Assembly: GCA_951406725.2 (NCBI GenBank)
Contig: OX597831.1
Coordinates: 10,106,001-10,170,000, forward strand
Source of the DNA: Octopus vulgaris
Lineage: Eukaryota
DNA: 64,000 nucleotides
Direction of reading: 5' to 3'
Shown in pieces: positions 56,296 through 64,000 of this stretch. The notes below the pieces were generated by a model. The model was not told the origin of the DNA, searched no databases, and saw only the letters and a list, made by a program, of their open reading frames with translations. The position numbers and the translations under genes are program-made. Position 1 is the first letter of the stretch; each line of letters begins with the position of its first letter.

Positions 56296-56989
56296 CGTTC
56301 GATATTAACCTGTCTCGGAATTATAAGCAAGAATATAAGAATATGACTTTATAGATTAATTATATTGCTAATTCGTTTTCAATCAGATAACAAAAATAAC
56401 AATTAACGTAAGATATATACGTTTGTTAAGTAAACGCTTTCTCTGGGCAAATTCTAATTACCAACATATTCTTGACTGCTTTTTGGCTTCAATTAATTCA
56501 AAATATGTTGTTGTTGGTGTTGTTGGTGAACTTATATTTATTTGTTCAGTAAGTATTGAAGTCATAAACAATCTGTCGTTGATTGTATTTTCACATACTT
56601 TTCTCAGTTGTTTACATATAATTCACATCTTTAAATATAGTATGTTGCTGAAGGTGGTTTAATTATTGTCTTATTAGAAGAAAAGGAAGGATTATGCAAA
56701 ATATTTCCTTAATAGATCATTAATTACTTCGCATTACCAAACGAACAACAATGATTCCGTCATCACGACTTTCACATCGGTCATCTAATTTATTTTTGAC
56801 TGAGTTAGCTGCAATAAATATTTTATCTAGTTTTTGTATTCCATACACAAAAATATTACGAATAATTTGTATTGAGCAGCATTACATGTGATATAACATA
56901 TTCAGTTGAAGAGTCTTCTACAAACCAATACTGAGACAGCTATAAAGCCATATATATATTTTTTTCAGAATGTAACCATAGGTGAAGCG

Positions 56990-57175
56990 TTGAAGATTTT
57001 CTTCCCCCGTCTTCCTTTCTATTGAACTTCCCTCTGTTTCTGAGGAGCGTTGCTCGAAACGTTAAACCATATTTCTTTCCTTCCCTGAGCTTCTGCAAAT
57101 AATTTACATGTACAACATCCTTGCGCTGTTGTTGTTTTGTGTCTGTTTTGCTTTGATTTTTTTGCTATTTACGAT
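56990..57175 (+). mobile_element. PLE-like pLTR 3' remnant with hammerhead-like motif, ending at (TA)n
   Basis: 57036-57067 GTTT-CTGAG-GAGC-GTT-GCTC-GAAAC-GTTA-AAC; collinear with the reverse complement of 23083-23260. Confidence 0.6.
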
Positions 57176-57189
57176 ATATACATACATAC

Positions 57190-57243
<54 letters not shown>

Positions 57244-57306
57244 TATATATATATATACAAAATATACATATATAGAGATATAATATATATATATATACAT
57301 ATACTA

Positions 57307-57825
57307 CACGAGGGGTGTATGAAAAGTTTTGAGCCTAACCTAGAAAAGGGGCTGCTAGATAGCCGAGACTATTTTTTCTGGTATTCGGAGTATTCTTACT
57401 TATTTTGATGATTCTATTTCAATTCTTTATTGTTGCAGATTTTTGAATAAACAAGTGTCTAGGTTACAAGAAAATGGAGAAAGCTGAGTATCGTGCTCTC
57501 ATAAAGGGCTTTCATTTGAAGGACATGACTGCATCAGGAATCTATGAACATATGGTGAGAACCTTAACAGACAATGCTCCTTCATATGCAGCAGTCAAAC
57601 ACTGGGTAAATGAACTCAAGCTTGGCAGGGAGAGTGTGGAAGATGATCCCAGATCAGGGAGACCTCAAACTATAACCACCAAGGACAACTTTGACCTTGC
57701 TCTTGGTATGAACATGCAATATCGCCGAATATCATGTCGTCAGATAGCCGAGAGACTGGGTATCTCAACTGACACAGCAGACAACATTGTGACAAAAGAA
57801 CTTGGGTTCTCAAAGGTTTCCTCGA
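57307..57825 (+). mobile_element. Truncated mariner (Tc1/mariner) DNA transposon, 5' part
   Basis: 5' TIR-like CACGAGGGGTGTATGAAAAGTTTTGAGCCT followed by a transposase N-terminal ORF. Confidence 0.88.
57474..57822 (+). pseudogene. Mariner transposase N-terminal HTH region, truncated before WVP and the DDD domain
   Basis: MEKAEYRALIK..APSYAAVKHWVNELKLGRESVEDDPRSGRP..RRISCRQIAERLGIS..IVTKELGFSKVS. Confidence 0.88.
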
Positions 57826-60159
57826 CCGGATATGAATGTTTTCCTTTATTAGGATGTTTATATAATTATTTGTACTGATCTAAAGAACTGGATGGTTTTT
57901 CCCTTAGCTAACGTTTAACATTTAAGAGGAGGTTCCAATAAAGTTATTTTTCAACTTAAGTGTTTGGAAATAGAACATGTAATTATATACAAGTAATGAT
58001 CGGGAAACGTGTTATTGAACCCTGACCCTTCACTAAACTGTCCTTGGGCTATACAATAAATAAAACAACAAAAGTTCAATAGTAACGAATAACAGTGATG
58101 TTTAGATTTGTGTATATCTATTTGATGATAGTTGAAATAATTAACGAACAAAGCACAGGTTCGCGTTTCACTCTCTCCAAACAAGTATTAATGAACAATA
58201 TATAAAATTCGTCTAGTTGTTTAAATATGCGAATTAGAAATCAAATATCTCCTCAAATGATATTTCTCTTTTATAACGAAATTAAACAGTAGACCACGAT
58301 GTCTTCGGTACGTGATCCCTACAAATTCTGTCCTCATCGATTTTTTACTTAAGCTGAAATTACAGTAAAATTAAATGTTCGAAATATATGCCACGGCAAT
58401 AGCTCACTTCATATATTTTCTATTAACCATTTCTAACACTGAAATTGTAAGTCCCCAGTTTAAGCCTTTTTGCTTATAAAATGACAAAAGCCGAAATCCT
58501 CAGAACGTTTCTTATTAGATCCAATATTAGTCCTTATTAGATTCCACTGACTTCAAAATGAAACGTGAACTGCATCCTCAAAACATACACAACACAAATG
58601 GTAAGCATTAGGCACCCATTCATAACAGTAACCAAAGCAGAAGATTTCAAGTTCAAGTTGAACCTGTTTGTTTAAATGTTTTTATAAATGCATTGTAGTT
58701 TTGAGCGGACTGTTTAACAAAATTGATGTTTATCAGTATTGAGAGAGATCGGGTTTACATACCGAACAATTTTGAAAATTTTGAATATGCGATGCTATTA
58801 ATATTAATATTCACCCGAATGGGTATTTCTAAACACTATATTGAAACAAATAGGATGAGCAATAGCTTTAAAGCCTTTGGAAATACGATTGCCACAGAGC
58901 CTAGGAAATAGATACTTTATTTACATCTTATTTCAATTGAGTGAACCGTTTACTGCCAATATCGAGTTCATTTGCATTTTATTGGAAGTAATAGAAGCGT
59001 AATTATTTAACGATTTCCTTGCAAGACACGGTGTTGTGTTGCTGGGTTTTACATTCTCTTTGTATGCAGAGCACATCCTTTACTGACTCCACTAAATTAT
59101 ATTAAACTTCGTTCTGTAGAAAATAAATTACTTGATCTGCGCTGTTTGTTAATCGTTTGAGATACGAAAATAAGAGTCGAAACACTTCATGTTTCAAGTG
59201 AATTTAGTCTGACTGAAATATAAAAGAAAATCCCACGTAAGAAAATAAGGAGAAAATAAGCAATAAAAATATTTCCGCAAGTTGGTTCGTCTTCAAAGAA
59301 ATGCTGGCCTGTTTGGGCATTGAATTATGGCTGAAAAAGCACAAGGAACGCCAAAGGCGCAGGATAGAGGGTTTTTTGTTTGTTTTGTTATTATAACGCA
59401 GTTAATGTAACAAACGTAAAGTAACAAAATATAAATAAATATCGAGAACATCAATAGTAGGTTTGGTCAAGTACTTATGCCATGGAGGTAAGATATATAT
59501 CTATTAATATATATGTGTGTATGTGTGTGTGTGTGTGTGAATAAGTGATTGACAAAAGAACAAGATTTACGCAATCACTTTCAGTAGCTTACAGCCGTTT
59601 CTGCTTGAGGTAACGTTTCACTCCGACTTGATTTTTTTTGCAACATTTAAAGGCTTACATGAAACAATTTACAAATATATATATGGTATAAATATGTGTG
59701 GGTGAGTGTGCCATGAAGCTGAATATATTTTCGCAGGCCAGGATATGATTATTTATTAAAACTAACGTATACCCGTCACGGACACGTCATCGACAAGTAT
59801 CGAAGAAGAAAATAGTATTGTTGTATAAGTCAGGTTTCTAGTTGTTTTGTAAAGCACCGCATTTGATGGATCTTCTTCACAAATATGTTTCTAGAGCTTA
59901 AAATGGCGATATATATCACTCATATATTTCATTCAAATTCTATTTTTCTTCATTGTCTTATATTCTCACGCTTCTATTTACTAAAAGACGAATAAAACAG
60001 GTCTGAAATCAGAGACCAGAGGGTATAATAGCAACGGACTGTGCGATGTAGTTTCTCCAACGCTCTACCGACTCTTCCACATCCCCAGCTTGGTGAAAAC
60101 CTAAGCACAACATAGTATTTTCCAACCATGTTAGTTATTTTTTATTACATATACTTAAA

Positions 60160-60365
60160 TGAGTGGCAGAATTGATAGTGGGCTGGCAAAAGGATTTGCG
60201 TAATTTATTTCGGCATTCTACCGTCTCTGTTCGTATTCCGCCGAGGGTCAAGTTTGGCTTTCATCCTTTGGGATTTCATGAAATTAACTTCCAGTCATAT
60301 ACTGCGGTTCATGTAATCACTAACCGCTCGCCTAAGATTGCTAGGCTTATGCCAAAATTTGAACA
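60160..60365 (+). mobile_element. Degraded Nin/Deu-type SINE
   Basis: GAGTGGCAGAAT..TTCCGCCGAGGGTCAAGTTTGGCTTTCATCCTTT. Confidence 0.65.
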
Positions 60366-60420
60366 CTTTATTTAGATATTATGAGTATCAGATTGAGCAA
60401 GATCTAACAAACACACACAC

Positions 60421-60475
<55 letters not shown>

Positions 60476-60478
<3 letters not shown>

Positions 60479-60679
60479 CTTTACTATCCACAAGGGGCTA
60501 AACAAAGAGTGGATAAACAAGGACAGACAAACGGATTAAGTCGATTATAACGACCCCTGTGCGTAACTGGCACTACTTAATTTATCAACCCCTAAAGTCG
60601 ACCCAGGCGGAATTTGAACTCAGAACGTAACGGCAGACGAAATACGGCTGCGCATTTCACCCGGCGTGCTATCGTTTCT

Positions 60680-60682
<3 letters not shown>
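60476..60682 (-). mobile_element. Nin/Deu-type SINE
   Basis: Matches 24657-24887 with an internal deletion; in (TA)n. Confidence 0.85.
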
Positions 60683-60752
<70 letters not shown>

Positions 60753-60756
<4 letters not shown>

Positions 60757-60818
60757 TGCGACAACATGGCCACAGCTCGTGAGCTGAAACTAGATAAGAT
60801 AAAAATAAAATAAAATAA
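60753..60818 (+). mobile_element. Extremely 5'-truncated LINE tail (family of 194-467)
   Basis: GCGGTGCGACAACATGGCCACAGCTCGTGAGCTGAAACTAGA plus A-rich tail, in (TA)n. Confidence 0.75.
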
Positions 60819-63792
60819 ATATATATATATATATATATATTGTAAGATTTCTAGAAGCTATTCCGTGTTTGCCTCAATAAGCTTTTATATAATGACAAAC
60901 GTTGAGTGCGCAAATAAGCCAGGGACAAAAGAAATTGAGAAAAATACGTACCAGCTCTTTTGAACTTGATATGAGATTCGCTATTGCGTCTTGCGCTTCA
61001 GAGATCAAATTCTTATTTTAGGTGATGTGCATATAATGCACACGATCTAAGGAGAAAAATCATATATTTGCATATGCAACTTCACCGCTGCTGCAAAATA
61101 TTAAGAAGTAATATGCACATCTTTGTGCAAAATAATTATGCATTAATTATTTGCAAGGTTGATAATTTATTCATGCATTATTTATTCTCCTTTTCACATT
61201 TGACAGATTTAATTAGATGAATCATCCACAAACCTTTGAAATTATTATCTGAAAGTTTTCATATTTAACTTCGCAAGTTATGGTCCCTTATTCAGCAAAG
61301 TGTAAGAGACGATCGTGTTCAAAGTACATTGTCTTGTTTCCGACAGGTCGGCAGGTGGACCAAATGACCTATTTTCACATCTCATATTATTCGCTTTTCT
61401 TTTGCAGCCCCGTCTAATTGTTCTATCTTGCCTCTGCTGCAATATAAATATAAATATAATATAATATAATATAATATAATATAATATAATATAATATAAT
61501 ATGATATGATAAAAAGCACTGTTTAACCAAAGTACGGGTGTTCCCGTGGAACCGATGATATTATTATTTTAACATCAGGAGGACGCCTCCTAAAGCTGGT
61601 TATGCACTCGATATATTTCAAGTGGAGAGAACTCTAGCTGCCCAGTTTCGGCTATCATGGTATATGTCCAGAGACATGAGAGAGTTGGGAGTTATATTAA
61701 CTGGAAGCTATGCCAGCACTAAGGCATGACAACAGAAAAAAGATTGCATAGGCATATCCCAGAAAGGGGATACACCAGTAAAGTGAAGTATTGTGACATG
61801 TAGCCGTTGATTCGCATGCTCTTCAATTCAGGTCGAAAACGTCTAGTTAAATCATTTGGCTATCGGAGAATATATCGCAAATCGTCAGCAATTTTTTAGG
61901 TATCATAAGTTCTTTATTTAAAACTACTGAAATAAATTAATCTTTAGTAAGGAAAGATCTGTTAAACAATGTGCATTTAATAAGCGTTTGGTTTGTAGTC
62001 AATGATATTCAGGATTGAAACACAGTTATATTTTTCAAGATGAAAGAAGTGCGGGTGTGTCTTAACATTGGACATATTCCATGCATAGCCCTTGTTTCCA
62101 TGCCTCAAGTTACAGGTATTAATTCCAAAGCGTATCTGGATATTATTCAGAGGAGACATTTTAATATGACCATCATTTATTTCACTGCATATCAAGAGAG
62201 CACATACTAACATTCTGAAAGACAGACCATAATTTTTATCGGGTCCAGTCGTGTTAATGGATGGATTGTGTTTTTCGTCTGGGAGGTAGCCATTGTTCTT
62301 TTCTTAGGATATGATTAGAGACAACACTACGATGAGCCGACTTATAAAAGCCTGGTAGCAAGTTTCCTGTTCGGTGAGGACAGAGTGCAACTCTTTGATT
62401 AGGATGAGAAACCTTGAAATGATGAGATCCCATTGACCAGGTTTACAATCGTTATAGTCGGAGAATGATACAAATGAAAGCATTTTGCCATTTTTACGCA
62501 ATTTATGATCTCCCTGGACCACTGTTTACAGAAGTTCAATGTTGACAGAACTTGGTCCTTCGAATCGAGAGCAATCTCAGAAAGAAACGATGCTATTCGA
62601 AACATCTTTGGCATATCCGAGCACTTAAAATGTCATCTCCACACACTGAATGAATATTCTTTGCTGATTCTATTGTTCGAAGCGTCGTTGTCTATTTCAC
62701 ATGCTCATTCCCAGAAACAAATATACAATCTTTTTATATATATATATATAATCAACATAAACGGTGGCTTCAGGAAACTGGAGATGTTTATTTGCCTAAT
62801 ATAAGTCATTAGGTTTACATTTAATATCAGCAGTGTTCAAAGTATTTTTTCTTGTTTCGGATAAACTGTTAGGACCACTTTTTTCTCATTTTTCTGCAAT
62901 TTGATTAAGGTTTTCCTGTGCCATGGCGTGCAGAGGTTCAATATTGATAGAACCCCGTCCTTCGGATCGAGAGGATTCTGAGAGAGAAATTAGTTTCCCG
63001 AACAAAACTTGTGAAAACGTCGTTGGCATGTCCGCACATTGAACACGTCTTTTTCACACACTAAATGAATATTTATCACCGTTTTCGTTGCTGAAGAACG
63101 CCTTTTTTGAATTCATAGAGCATGCAGTGCCTGATATTGGTCGGATCTAATTGCATTGTAAAAGGATAAAGTTAAAACGAATTATATAACCAGAAATATA
63201 CTTCACAATGTTACAATCAATGCTTATATCATCGTAAGTATTGAAAAAGTACCCTAAAGTCATCACGATATTCCAGTCTCAAGTCAGATCAGATGAAGCA
63301 ATTAAGAATTCTATTTGTAATTAGAACCTTGCAGTAGCCAGAAGTGTTGATTTAATTCAGTGAAAAGTTACGTGCTTTTCATATGAGAATGCTTCAACAG
63401 TGCTACAAGTATTCATTCAAAATACTATTCCTTTTAATGTTAGAATAACACAAATAGAGCATAAGCCTTTTACATAGACAATACCTGGCTTTAGTAATCG
63501 ATTCTACAAATCGAAAATTCCACTCCTCGTCCATAATATTTTACATTCGGATTTTTGTATATTCCACGTGGAAAGATTTTTTTTAACCTTTGTAGCAGCG
63601 AAACAAACACAAGTCAGCAAATACGGATATTTAGTTAAATTTCAAACAATTAATTTTGTTGTATTTTTTTTACAGGTAAACGTAATAACAATCTTCAGCA
63701 GTTGTCATATTCGCATATCATCATGAAATTTTTCTATTATATGACCTGGGTATATTTTAAATGCACTGTTCACATATATTTAAGTAACAACT

Positions 63793-63841
<49 letters not shown>

Positions 63842-63860
63842 CAACAAGAAATGCAGCACA

Positions 63861-64000
63861 AAGTTTTGTCAGTGAACATGCCGCGGACTCAAAGCGGCGA
63901 AAAATTTTGACAAGGTAAATTTGAATGTTGAAGTGAATCTAACGGTTTTTGTGTGTTTCTGAAATGGCTTATAAACACCTTCTACGCTGCAATTGTTTTC
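63861..64000 (+). mobile_element. Second copy of the 18212 PLE-like element (runs off the window)
   Basis: Collinear with the reverse complement of 18212-18346 and with 18370-18470. Confidence 0.8.
63866..63913 (+). ncRNA. Putative minimal hammerhead ribozyme, G3-C8 core variant (second copy)
   Basis: TTGTCA | GTGAACA T | GCCGC-GGACTCAAA-GCGGC | GAA AAATTT | TGACAA. Confidence 0.55.

Noticed and set aside
61980-62630. GC-richer segment resembling decayed coding/TE sequence (similar patches at 3100-3700, 16935-17550, 33150-34420)
   Set aside because: No motif I could assign to a family by eye.

Overview
AT-rich, repeat-saturated animal genomic DNA. The SINE families and (TA)n/(CA)n/(AAT)n microsatellite load are most consistent with an octopus/coleoid cephalopod; this is an inference from recognising repeats, not a database result. 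I can support no intact host protein-coding gene, and almost all long ORFs in the track are microsatellite read-throughs. Supportable content: several tRNA-derived SINE families (some with TSDs), 3' fragments of CR1-group and RTE LINEs, a truncated mariner transposase and mariner MITE, a piggyBac-type MITE, a Helentron/HINE-like element, and a Penelope-like (PLE) GIY-YIG fragment. The most interesting signal is a set of microsatellite-anchored, often inverted-repeat elements carrying minimal type-I hammerhead-ribozyme (HHR) motifs. Their core appears in three forms that covary at the 3-8 tertiary pair (C3-G8, U3-A8, G3-C8), and two copies 45 kb apart differ by a compensatory base-pair change in stem II. 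All coordinates were read by eye and may be off by a few bases.
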